DNA of 64,000 bases from Eledone cirrhosa. Its lineage: Eukaryota. The notes below the pieces were generated by a model that ran no database searches, had not been told where the DNA came from, and saw only the letters and a program-made list of their open reading frames with translations. Shown here piece after piece: positions 26,563 to 38,051 of this stretch. Positions within the stretch are counted from its first letter, which is position 1. Each line of letters opens with the position of its first letter. The stretch is from assembly GCA_964016885.1 (NCBI GenBank), contig OZ024741.1, positions 82,212,001 through 82,276,000 on the forward strand, read 5' to 3'. The translations under genes were made by a program, and so were the position numbers.

Positions 26563-27335
26563 TTGGTTTTCTCGTTGCTTTGGTCCCTGTGGCTGGCTTA
26601 CAGGTCGCAATCTTCAATTTGGAAAGCTGTCTAAACGTAATATTATTACTCGAAGGTAAAATACCTAATTGAGTGCTTAGCTGCACATTCGTCAGCATAG
26701 CTGCAGCCAGAGCTTCGATTATGCTGATCTTCCATTTGTATTATTATCTCTTAGACTTAATGATTAATTGATTAATTTAATTAGACAATTCTATTGATTG
26801 GTTAATTATTTATGTTTGTTTGATAACATCTGGTCGAGAGCTTTATTCGGTTTGTAGAAAGAAATGTATTCCTTTGTTCATAATTTAAATTTCGTCCGTC
26901 AAAACCTGGGGGTTACCTCCCTTTGGAAAAACCTCATGACCGCCAGCTTTCTTACTGCTATAACTCACACCCGCAAGTGGTATAGAACGGAAACTTGTTG
27001 AGAAAGTGAAACCTCTGTTCGAGCTTTCAAAACCAATAACTTCCATACCACGCAAGTGGATTTTGTTGATTTCGGATTTCACAGAAAGCTAGCGGAGATA
27101 TTGCATAATATCGATGCGATGGTCCAGGTTTATCAAATTATCCTGAGTTGATTTTCTTGTTGCTTTGGTCCTTGCGGCTGGCTTACCGGTTGCAATCTTC
27201 AATTTGCAAAGCTGTCTAAACGTAATGTTATTACCCTAAGGTAAAATACCTTATTGAGTGCTTAGCTGCACATTCCGATTGCATTCGTTAACCTAGCTGC
27301 AGCCAGTGCATCGATTATGCTGAACTTCCATTTAT
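26563..27335 (+). mobile_element. Degenerate PLE relic: ~180-bp direct repeats around a decayed RT-thumb-like fragment
   Basis: 26563-26740 matches 27151-27335; between them EKPHDRQLSYCYNSHP resembles the PLE KP.D.L.Y...SNHP motif. Confidence 0.55.
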
Positions 27336-27479
27336 ATATACTGATATAATACATGAATGTATATATGCTTACATAAAGAAAAATATATACACCAGTATAT
27401 ATATAGTTTAAAAATAAACAGAGAACAAAAACAGAAAAACGAAGAGGCAGTACAAATGATATTAGTATTAGTTTCACAC

Positions 27480-27556
<77 letters not shown>

Positions 27557-27675
27557 ATAGAATGAAACGAAATGTCATTTCTCACTCTTAATACGGCACT
27601 TACTTAATACATACATACTTACATTTATACATACATACATACTTACATTTATATATATATATATATATATATATA

Positions 27676-27832
27676 CGTTATTCCGGGTTGAATCGTAGGA
27701 AACCACAGTAAGTAAGCTACTCAATACATAGCAGAGTATAAAAGTTTTAATATAGATGAGATTCTACAGGACTAGAACTGTTTCATTCTTTATTTCTAAA
27801 GAATGAAACAGTTCTAGTCCTGCAGAATCTCA

Positions 27833-27835
<3 letters not shown>
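27676..27835 (-). mobile_element. Mini hairpin plus tail element of another family, between microsatellites
   Basis: 27754-27835 is a near-perfect palindrome (agatgagattctacaggactagaactgtttcattcttta / taaagaatgaaacagttctagtcctgcagaatctcatct); ~78-bp tail at 27676-27753. Confidence 0.75.
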
Positions 27836-27870
<35 letters not shown>

Positions 27871-28609
27871 AAGAAAATGAGAAACGAACAAACAAGATAT
27901 TGCATTAACACAATTGGTATTAGTTTCACATGTAACAGAAAGAGAGTGAGTTGCACTGTCACCCTATCGAGTATTTTCTCCAAATCAAGGAAAATGCAAC
28001 AGAAAAAGCGTAAAGAAAATAGAGAAATAAATAAGATTAGAAAGTAAATAAAAAGGATTATGGGGTGAAGTAGATATACTGTACATGTTTACGCACGTGT
28101 GCAAGTGTGTGCAAGTGTGTATGTTTGTATGGGTATTAAGCAAAGATGTGTGGGTATTGGTACGTATTGAGTGGTTCCATATATGTGTGATTGCGCACGT
28201 GTTTGTGTGAATACGGAAAGAGTGAGGTGGGTTTACGTATCCAGTATGGTGCGAGCTATATTTTCTTATTCAGTTTGGTAAGTCCAAAGTGTATTGTGGC
28301 CGCGTGTATATACATATATATTTATATTTTCATACATGATTTATATTCTATGCTAATTAAATATTTCTATTTCGACGTTCACTTCTAATTATCATATGGT
28401 TCTTTGAATCAGAATGATTACGATATTCGTCTTGTCTTATGTGTTTGTGTATCTTTTAAAGAATTCTTCTTCTAATGAAGATTCCACCTCTAGGCTGTGT
28501 ATATTTAGTGTTTCTCAGTCTTCTTTAGTCTTACTCTCCTCTATTTCTTTCATTCTTCTTTTCTAATTTTTTTGAAGACTATATCTATATGTGTACGCAC
28601 ACACACACA

Positions 28610-28646
<37 letters not shown>

Positions 28647-28713
28647 CCCACACACCCACACACATACCCACATACACATACATATATACTACATATATGT
28701 ATATATGTATATA

Positions 28714-28830
28714 TGGAGGAACGAGGCCTAGTGGTAAGGGTGTTGGACTTACGAACATAATGTCGTCGGTTCTATTCCTGAGTTGCATGTTGTGTTGTTC
28801 AGCAAACCGCTTCATTTCATGTTGTAATCC
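28714..28830 (+). mobile_element. Degenerate tRNA-derived SINE head
   Basis: ggcctagtggtaagggtgttggac (A box) ... ggttctattcc (B box). Confidence 0.6.
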
Positions 28831-29032
28831 ACGCTTAACAATACGTATACATGATTATATACAACCCGATAGGGTGAAATACTGCAAAAATATTTTCTAT
28901 TGCTATGGTTTAATTGCTATAAGTTTTTATCTTGTCTCGTCTTTCACTCTGACTTGTGTTAGACTCACTCTGTGACACAGATTACACCAGCTGTGCCGTC
29001 AACAGGGAGTCGAAACTGCTAGAAAGTCCATT

Positions 29033-29082
<50 letters not shown>

Positions 29083-29084
<2 letters not shown>

Positions 29085-32000
29085 CGATGAATTAGTTTTG
29101 CGAGGTTTTTTATATGAAATCGTGTGTCGAAACAAATATTGTTATACTTGGGGAGGGTCATATTTGTGTAATATTGCCAGAATTAATAACAGAACACACT
29201 CACTGTTCGGTTGGTTTTCGCTTCTCGCTTCTGTGTCTTTTATATCGGTAATCTAACTTACTCGGTCCTCAATGTTGCCATTGACTGACCGACGGTCAAA
29301 AATAATACAGATACAATATAGACACAAACATATATATAGTTTATCATAAATCTTTCGTTGCACATCTGCAACATCGTCAGTGGTGCTATATTTTCCTCCT
29401 GTTGTATTGTATGTCTACGCCATTTTTATTCAGTCTGTCTATATATTTATTTATTTATTTGCTTGTTTGTTTATTTTATTTTGTCTCCTTTGCGCATGCG
29501 TTTGCGTGTGTGTATAGTTTTTTGTTTGCTGTGTGATGGGTGACTAGTGTGTGTTTATGTGCTTGTTGTTATTGTGCTTGTGTATGTATTTATTTATTTA
29601 TTTATTTATTTATTTTAATTTATTCACTTATTTATACTTCTCTTAGGTCAGTGTTGTTTATTTGGGTGTTGTTGTTATTCCATTCATTATTTCTGTTTAG
29701 TCTTGGTCTTCTAATTTCTATTTCACTGGCCTCTCTGATTTGCCTATCTGCTGGGTCATTTCTATGTTTAGATATTATTCTAATTTCTATGTTGTCTATG
29801 TTACCATCGTGTTGTTGTCTAGCATGTTCGTATAGTACTGACCCGTTTTTTCGTCCTTTTAGTTCCCCCAGTGTTGGTCTATCCTTTCACCTATGCTACG
29901 AGCTGTCTCACCTATGTATGTTGTTGTCATGTTTCTGCAAGTACCCTCTGTACATCTTATGTTATAGACTACGTTTCTAGTTTTACAGTTTATCCGGGGG
30001 TTCACCTTACATATGATACATTTCCTATTGGTACAGTGGGTTTTCTTAAAAGGGTAGGTTTTGCTGATCAGGGATTTGATGGTGGTTCCTGGCTTTTCTA
30101 CCACCTTTATTTTTAAGTGGGTCTTTCTCAAGGCCTTTCTACACTGGTTAGCTAATTTCCCTCCAGGGGTAGCGTCCACAAACATGACACTCTGGTATCT
30201 CTGGTTGTCGTACCATGAGGTGGCTTTCCCTATCTTATGTCTAGCCCTATCTAAGCTATTCCATGATTTTCTCCTGCATAATGGGCAAATTCATTTCATG
30301 TCCAGTTCTATGAGGGTCTTATACTTCTCCATGGCTCCTTCGTATACTCTGACTCTGTCTCTTTGGTTGTAGACAGAGAACTGCATGCGGTTGATGAAGT
30401 GTTGGATGTGTCTTTCCATTTCTTTTGGGTCGCACATGCGGGACACATTCTTCATCATTCGTACCAAATCTGTGATCAGAATATTAAACTTTGCACTACC
30501 GGACATTGATGAGTTTTTGAGTATCAGGTATTTGGAGACCATGGGTTTAGCATAGTGTGAGTGTAGAATTCGGGCTCTCTCGTCTATAGTGTTAATCCAG
30601 AGTTCTGTGTCTAATACAGGTAGTCTATTGTTAGGGTGTTTGGAAGGGAAGTCGATAGTTACAGTTATACTCTGGTGTATGGAATTAGCTATCTGCTGGA
30701 TGCTTTCCATCGTGCTACGTTCTAAATCAAACTTGTTAGTGCTCTCTAGTGGGGGTGTTCTTATAACTATATTGATATCGTCTACATAACGAGAGTACAT
30801 GATGAGGTCTATGGAGCTCTCATTAAGGAGATCTTTAAGTCTCCTTTCCCACCATACCATGAAAAGTTTGGCAACATCACCAGCTATGCTGACGCCGATG
30901 GTTGCTCCCTCATTTTGGGTGTAGATCTTCTCGTTAAACTTAAATATGTGGCCCTTTAGGGTAGTTTTGATACTAGCCCCTATTGCATGTGCGACCATTT
31001 TTCTTACCTGATCATTGTTTTGGGGGGTCCGTATAGCTTTGGTCCACCCAATCCACCTTCCCATGGGAGTCTTTTTTGCCATTGAGGTTATGGTGGGGGT
31101 TCTACCTCTTATAGGTCTACTAGGGCAGAAAGGTCAAAGATCATGGCTGTCTAGGTAGTCAGTGTCGTAGGCAAGTCAAAGTAGGAGGCCCAGTTCGTTT
31201 GTGTCGACGCCGCAGAACTCCACCTCACTCTCAATGATCATATCCACACATCTTTTCACAGCAAAATCAATGTTAATGGATGGGTACAATTACACCACAT
31301 CTATGCTGCCTATTATGCAGTTGGATAGGTTCCTGTTTTTGTTGCACTCACTGATTCTGCTGAGGATGTCCTCTGTACTGTCACATACATCTGGGGACAT
31401 CTTTATTATGGGGCGTATAACCATTGAGAGGAAGTAGGAGATCCTGTAGCTCCGCATACGGGTATTGTTGGTGGTCCTGTTGTCGGGTCGTCGACTGTCT
31501 TGTGGTCTTTGCGGAGCCCATACAAGGGTAGTATGCCATTGTTAGACGCCTTGAAGTTGTTGGCAGTGTGTCTGCTTGGCTTTAGGATGTCAGTCCACAT
31601 CATCATGTGAGCGTTGATGATTTTCTCTCTCCCATCGTGTGTTTGTTGTGCAATTTCGCTCGTGTTGGTGATGTGGGGTTGCATAGCCTTGATGTAGTTC
31701 GGCATGCTATCTATTGACATCCTACCAGACTTATCAGTGGGTAGACATACTACCTCACCATCCCTTGTGTGCTGCTTGAGGCTAACTAAGCCTTCTACAG
31801 GTTTCCTCCCAAGTTGTTGGGCCTCTGGTCTGCTCTGTCTCTGTCTCTTAGTATACCTCTCTACTATTTGTCTAATCTTATTTCTAGCTATGGATAACTG
31901 TGCCTCTGTCTCGTCATCTATTTGTTGTGGTATGCAAACTCTTTATTAAAGGGTAACCTCGTAGGATAGATATTACCCATCTTATATGTTTTGTAAGCTG

Positions 32001-33964
32001 GGTTGAAAAATAGTTTCTCTAAGGGGTTGTCATTATATCTATCGTCATAGTTGTGTGTGTTGCTATTATTGTTATCATGGTGATTGTTGTTGTTTCTATC
32101 ATTAGCATTATTATTATTGTTATGATTGCTAGATGTATTGTTGTTTATTTCACCGTTATGGTTGTTGTTACCGTTATTTCTACCATTGTGGTTGTTACTT
32201 TTATTATGTTTCTTGTTCTTGTTGTGTCTATCATTGATATTGCTACATGTACTATTTCCATTATTACCACTGTGGTTATTGTTGTTGTTGTTGTTCGTAT
32301 TGTTACCCTTATTACTACTGTGGTCGCTGCTGCTGTGTCTGTGGTTAATGTTTCTATTATTATTATTATTGTGGTTGTTGTTGTTCTGTCTATCGTTAGT
32401 ATTATTACCATTATCACTATTTCTCACTTTCCTGCTATTGTTATTGTTATGGCTGTTATTTCTATACTCAGAGTTATTGTTTATATTACTACTACCGTTA
32501 TTATTGTTGTTGTTGTTGTTGTTGTTTACATTTGCATTCCAACGTATTTTTGTGAAACACTTTTCCAGCTCCGTTTTGCACTCCATAGGGTTAATCTTTT
32601 TGTAGATGGCAAATTTTGGTGGTAGCGCAGGATTTGTTGTTCTTGTTCACTGATTTAAGTGTTCTCATAAATATTTACTGTGTGGTCATTGGTAAATTCT
32701 TCCGGTAGTTTTACATCAGTCATACGGATATTGTCGATGTTATCTGGGTATTTTTGAGAATATTCTATTTTCCTTTCTTCTAGTTTTTTCTTATTCATCC
32801 ATTCTAATTTCTTATTGAAATGCCTATTGCATTCGTTTCGGGCGTATTTCGTTTCACGTCGGATGACGCTCATGAAGTTATCCCTCTCGTTTGGTGTGGT
32901 GAGATTTCGGACTTCCTTACCGTTAATGCGTTTCTGTCTGTAAAGTTCGTTGACTTTTGTGTATGTTGTTCTTTTCATATTAACTGTTATTGTGTGCTTT
33001 AGTCGTTCAGCTTGTGTTTTGTTCAATAATAAATTATTTACTTGTTTTGATATGTTTGTTGTGTATGTTTTAAGAAAACCCACTGTACCAATAGGAAATG
33101 TATCATATGTAAGGTGAACCCCCCGGATAAACTGTAAAACTAGAAACGTAGTCTATAGCATAAGATGTACAGAGGGTACTTGCAGAAACATGACAACAAC
33201 ATACATTGGTGAGACAGCTCTTAGCATAGGTGAAAGGATAGACCAACACTGGGGGAACTAAAAGGACGAAAAAACGGGTCAGTACTATACGAACATGCTA
33301 GACAACAACATGACGGTAACATAGACAACATAGAAATTAGAATAATATCTAAACATACAAATGACCCAGGAGATAGGCAAATCAGAGAGGCCAGTGAAAT
33401 AGAAATTAGAAGTGCAAGACTAAACAGAAATAATGAATGGAATAACAACAACACCCAAACAAACAACACTGACCTAAGAAGAAGTAAAATAAGTAAATAA
33501 AATAAAATAAATAAATAAATACATACACAAGCACAATAACAACAAGCACATAAACACACACTAGTCACCCATCACACAGCAAACAAAACACTATACACAC
33601 ACGCAAACGCATACGCAAAGAAGACAAAATAAAATAAACAAACAAGCAAATAAATAAATAATTATATAGACAGACTGAATAAAAATGGCGTAGACATACA
33701 ATACAACAGGAGGAACATATAGCACCACTGACGATGTTGCAGATGTGCAACAAAAGATTTATGATAAACTATATATATGTGTTTGTGTCTATATTGTAGC
33801 TGTATTATTTTTGACCGTCGGTCAGTCAATGGCAACATTGAGGACCGAGTAAGTTAGATTACCGATATAAGACACAGAAGCGAGAAGCGAAAACCAACCA
33901 AACAGTGAGTGTGTTCTGTTATTAATTCTGGCAATATTACACAAATATGACCCTCCCCAAGTAT

Positions 33965-33970
<6 letters not shown>
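29083..33970 (-). mobile_element. Penelope-like element (YVDD type) with ~900-bp inverted terminal arms and ~53-bp tail, TA-flanked; ORF disrupted
   Basis: RT: GPPT.PVCGA, TQNEGATIG, YSRYVDDIN, LPVLD. GIY-YIG: CTNRKCIIC...NVVYNIRC...YIGETARSIGERIDQH. 33068-33970 is the reverse complement of about 29136-30051. Confidence 0.93.
29345..29386 (-). ncRNA. Minimal hammerhead-like motif in the PLE 3' arm
   Basis: Minus strand CTGACGA-t-GTTGCA-gatg-TGCAAC-GAAAG-atttatg; the mirror copy at about 33724-33765 has GAAA changed to AAAA. Confidence 0.65.
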
Positions 33971-34036
<66 letters not shown>

Positions 34037-34038
<2 letters not shown>

Positions 34039-34933
34039 CGTTTCTGAATTTGTTTAGCAAGATTCTTTATCTGAAAACCGATATCGTTATACTTTGGGAG
34101 GGTCATGTCCCCAATAAGAAACACACGCCACCAGTTCCTTTCACTTCAATGCATTCTAATAAATTTATAAATTTAGGAATTTATAAATTTCTGGTTGGTT
34201 GGTTGGTTCCACAACCAGATGGTTGTTTATATACTGTCAAAGTTCTTTCCTCACACATTATGTGACCTCTTCAGTAACTGGGGATTCTTTTCTTTGTTTT
34301 TGTGCCTCTCCTTTGTTCTGTCCTACGCCATCTTGTTTTTGTGTGTGTGTTGTGTGCTTAGTTTGCGCATGTGTTACATCCGGGTGTCTGTGTGTGTTTA
34401 TATTCGTTTATTTATTTGTTTATTTACATGTTACTGGTTGGTTGTTTGTTCTATGTGCGTGTGTGTTTTCATTTTGTCCTTAATTGTAAGTTGTAATGTT
34501 ACTGTTCCACTCATGTTTTCTATTTAATTTTGGTTGGAGTTCATTTATGTTTATTGCCTCTGTGATTTGTCTAAACATTGCGTCTTTTCTGTGTGTAGAT
34601 TCTATTTTTATTTCTATGTTCTCTAGTTTACCCTTATGTTCTATTTTATATTCTATTTTATTTTAGCATGTTGGTAGAGTACAGATGATACTAAAATGAC
34701 ACAAAAACAAGATGGCGTAGGGCAGAACAAAGGAGAGGCACAAAAACAAGAAAAGAATCCCCAGTCACTGAAGAGATCACATAATGTGTGACAATATATA
34801 AACAACCATCTGGTTGTGGAACCAACCAACCAGAAATTTATAAATCCCTAAATTTATAAATTTATTATAATAAATTGAAGTGAAAGTAACTGGTGCGTGT
34901 GTTTCTTATTGGCAACATGACCCTCCCAAAGTA

Positions 34934-34938
<5 letters not shown>
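34037..34938 (-). mobile_element. Severely 5'-truncated PLE related to 29083-33970, with ~250-bp inverted arm and ~50-bp tail, TA-flanked
   Basis: Shares terminal tgaccctccc.aagtataac with the neighbouring element. 34500-34680 (minus) encodes a GIY-YIG C-terminus-like ENIEIKIESTHRKDAMFRQITEA...KLNRKHEWN. 34690-34938 is the reverse complement of about 34088-34345. Confidence 0.88.
34236..34278 (-). ncRNA. Minimal hammerhead motif
   Basis: Minus strand GTTA-CTGAAGA-gg-TCACA-taatg-TGTGA-g-GAA-AG-aa-CT-T-TGAC; stem I GT(C/T)A/TGAC. Confidence 0.65.
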
Positions 34939-34984
<46 letters not shown>

Positions 34985-34985
<1 letters not shown>

Positions 34986-35389
34986 ATTGGCGTGGGATGC
35001 TTATAGCGTCCGTAAGCGGTAGGCAGTTTGAGCACTCGATGCTCTTACAGAGCAGAGTATGATATCATATAAGAAACGGAGAATCAGTGTTGTGACGAAT
35101 AACATTTATTAGAAATATTACAATCGATTCTCTGGCGACCAGCTCGAGGCACGGTCGATGTAATGATCGAACCTGACTCTGAAATCGCAAGGTCCTCAGA
35201 TACGTCTCGATTCTACGAAGCAGAGTTTCCAAATGTCTAGTTACACCCGCGGCCCTCACCGGCAGCTTAGATCCTGTTGTTGTCATTCTATGAGTGACAA
35301 GAATTGTACACGTCATCTATATTTTTGGAGATTCTTGGCGGTCCTATATTTGTTGCCTTTCATTCGCCACATGTTAATCAAAGTTGTTT

Positions 35390-35393
<4 letters not shown>
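34985..35393 (-). mobile_element. PLE-type 3'-end fragment with hammerhead and tail, TA-flanked
   Basis: Minus strand 35203-35115: tat-CTGAGGA-CCTTGCGA...TCGCCAG-a-GAAT-cgattGTA-ata (the sister copy at 36415-36435 keeps GAAAC); tail contains TCGAGTGCTC. Confidence 0.7.
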
Positions 35394-35465
<72 letters not shown>

Positions 35466-35469
<4 letters not shown>

Positions 35470-35660
35470 GAAGGAGGTGGGGTAAAGAACCAGGTGGACC
35501 ATAACGCACCTGAATACTCAGTACTTAGAGTAGTAGAGTGGGTAATAGGAAAATGTTCAGGACCCCGACGGCAGAGCTCAACCCGTTTCGACGGCTGTAT
35601 ATGGACTAGAAATAGCCGTCGAAACGGCTGGAGCTCTGCCGTCACGGTCTTGAACATTTT

Positions 35661-35664
<4 letters not shown>
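35466..35664 (-). mobile_element. PLE mini hairpin plus tail (family of 6114 / 25866), copy 1
   Basis: Tail 35466-35545, palindrome 35546-35664 ending ttccta, (TA)n on both sides. Confidence 0.9.
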
Positions 35665-35700
<36 letters not shown>

Positions 35701-35704
<4 letters not shown>

Positions 35705-35895
35705 GAAGGAGGTGGGGTAAAGAACCAGGTGGACCATAACGCACCTGAATACTCAGTACTTAGAGTAGTAGAGTGGGTAATAGGAAAATGTTCAGGACCC
35801 CGACGGCAGAGCTCAACCCGTTTCGACGGCTGTATATGGACTAGAAATAGCCGTCGAAACGGCTGGAGCTCTGCCGTCACGGTCTTGAACATTTT

Positions 35896-35899
<4 letters not shown>
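35701..35899 (-). mobile_element. PLE mini hairpin plus tail, copy 2 (identical by eye to copy 1)
   Basis: Direct repeat of 35466-35664, separated by (TA)n. Confidence 0.9.
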
Positions 35900-35942
<43 letters not shown>

Positions 35943-36234
35943 TGGCCAGAATGCCAGGTTGCCCAAAGGCAATGGGGTCCCCAGGGGGACCACGGTAGCA
36001 TTGCAAGAGCCCACAGTAGCATTGCAGGATCCACTGTAGTATTTCAGGGGCCGAGAAAGAAAAAAAAAAAAATAATAAATAAAACAATTAAACAAAGCAT
36101 TAGGTCAACCAATTCCCCAAGGGATCCATAGAAACCAAAATATACGATATTGCAAATAGCTTGAATCAGTTGTTGTACGTTCTACTAAATCTTTGTGTAT
36201 TCATTCATGCAAGCAAACATACACAGACACACAA

Positions 36235-36610
<376 letters not shown>

Positions 36611-36614
<4 letters not shown>

Positions 36615-37070
36615 GAGTTTATGTTGGTTGTAAATCAATACCTCAGTATGCAGGCCTGGAGCACTCGACGAAGTGTGAAGGTTGGTTTGGTTACTCCGGA
36701 GTTGTGTAAAATAAAGTTAAATAAAAGTCAAATTATTAAAATTTAGCTTCGTTTATTGACCATTGCTGTAATTTGGTTTTCTTTCGAGGCTTGGGCAAAA
36801 TCCTATCCAGTATTCTTTTACTGACGATCCCTAGGTCAGATGTGGAGGGGGATATTAGTCTGACAGGGAGGTCGGACTCAAAGTATTGAACTGTACAATA
36901 TTTTGAGTCCCACCTCCCTGTCAGACTAATAGCCCCCTCCAGATCTGACCTAGGGATCGTCAGTAAAAGAATACTGGATAGGATTTTGCCCAAGCTTCGG
37001 AAGAAAACCAAATTACAGCAATGGTCAATAAACGAAACTAAATTTTAATCATTTGACTTTTATTTAACTT

Positions 37071-37078
<8 letters not shown>
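36611..37078. mobile_element. ~370-bp palindrome built from a PLE RT fragment, plus ~95-bp tail
   Basis: 36707-37078 folds back with its centre near 36892. Each arm encodes LPVRLI.PS.SDLGIVSKRILDRILPK, the homologue of RLINPTKSDIGRISKKILDRVIPK. Tail contains TCGAGTGCTC on the minus strand. Confidence 0.88.
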
Positions 37079-37142
<64 letters not shown>

Positions 37143-37169
37143 AAGTTAAATAAAAGTCAAATGATTAAA

Positions 37170-37200
<31 letters not shown>

Positions 37201-37202
<2 letters not shown>

Positions 37203-37698
37203 ACGAATGATATGTGGTAAGGAACCAGGTGGACGATAACGCACCAAAGCACTCAATACTTAGGGTAGTAGAGTGCGTAATAGGAACGAGTAGGACCCCG
37301 ACGGCTGAGCTCAAGCCGTTTCTACGGCTAATTCTGGACTAAATGAACATTTTTATCCTGGTATATGAATAGCCGAGCTTCTCAAGGGGTAATTCCATAT
37401 ATGGTAAAAGTGATTGTCACAAGGATTGGTCAAAAGTTTGCTGTTGAGACATAATAATTCTATCATGCCAATTTGTGGAGGGAAGGTGTAGCTACCCCTT
37501 CCCTCCACAAATTGGCATGATAGAATTATTATGTCTCAACAGCAAACTTTTGACCAATCCTTGTGACAATCACTTTTACCATATATGGAATTACCCCTTG
37601 AGAAGCTCGGCTATTCATATACCAGGATAAAAATGTTCATTTAGTCCAGAATTAGCCGTCGAAACGGCTTGAGCTCAGCCGTCGGGGTCCTACTCGTT

Positions 37699-37702
<4 letters not shown>
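37201..37702 (-). mobile_element. PLE hairpin element: ~210-bp arms, each with a hammerhead, plus 80-bp tail; TA-flanked
   Basis: 37281-37490 and 37492-37702 are inverted copies; homologous to 25650-25866. Confidence 0.92.
37593..37688 (+). ncRNA. Type I hammerhead ribozyme (UUGAGAA core)
   Basis: ACCCC-TTGAGAA-gctCGGCTA...TAGCCGtc-GAA-ACGGC-ttgagctca-GCCGT-C-GGGGT; perfect stems I and III. Confidence 0.82.
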
Positions 37703-37754
<52 letters not shown>

Positions 37755-38051
37755 TTAAAACAATGAAATAAAAAACCAAGTCATTAGAAATATTCTTCAC
37801 TTGTGATGATAATACATTGTAACTATACTTCGATATCGATCTATATAAGGTTATTTACAAAATATCAGATGAAGAGAATATTTACTTACATGCATATCAC
37901 CAGCTGTTGTCAAAAGCAATAATCATTTTATTCAAAATTAGTGGTAAATTAGTATTATGTTTGGTTCTATGAACTTGTTTGGACGTAGTTGAAAAATACA
38001 ATCAGATTGTATTTTTTCATATGATGCAGAAGTTAGGCGCACAGAGCTGGA

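Noticed and set aside
29083-33970. Long inverted termini read as DNA-transposon TIRs
   Set aside because: The arms are copies of the PLE 3' end including GIY-YIG coding sequence, are asymmetric, and no transposase is present.
35466-35899. Two identical hairpin units as a CRISPR-like array or as two independent insertions
   Set aside because: Eukaryotic context, no unique spacers or cas genes; identity suggests a recent tandem duplication or an assembly duplication through (TA)n.
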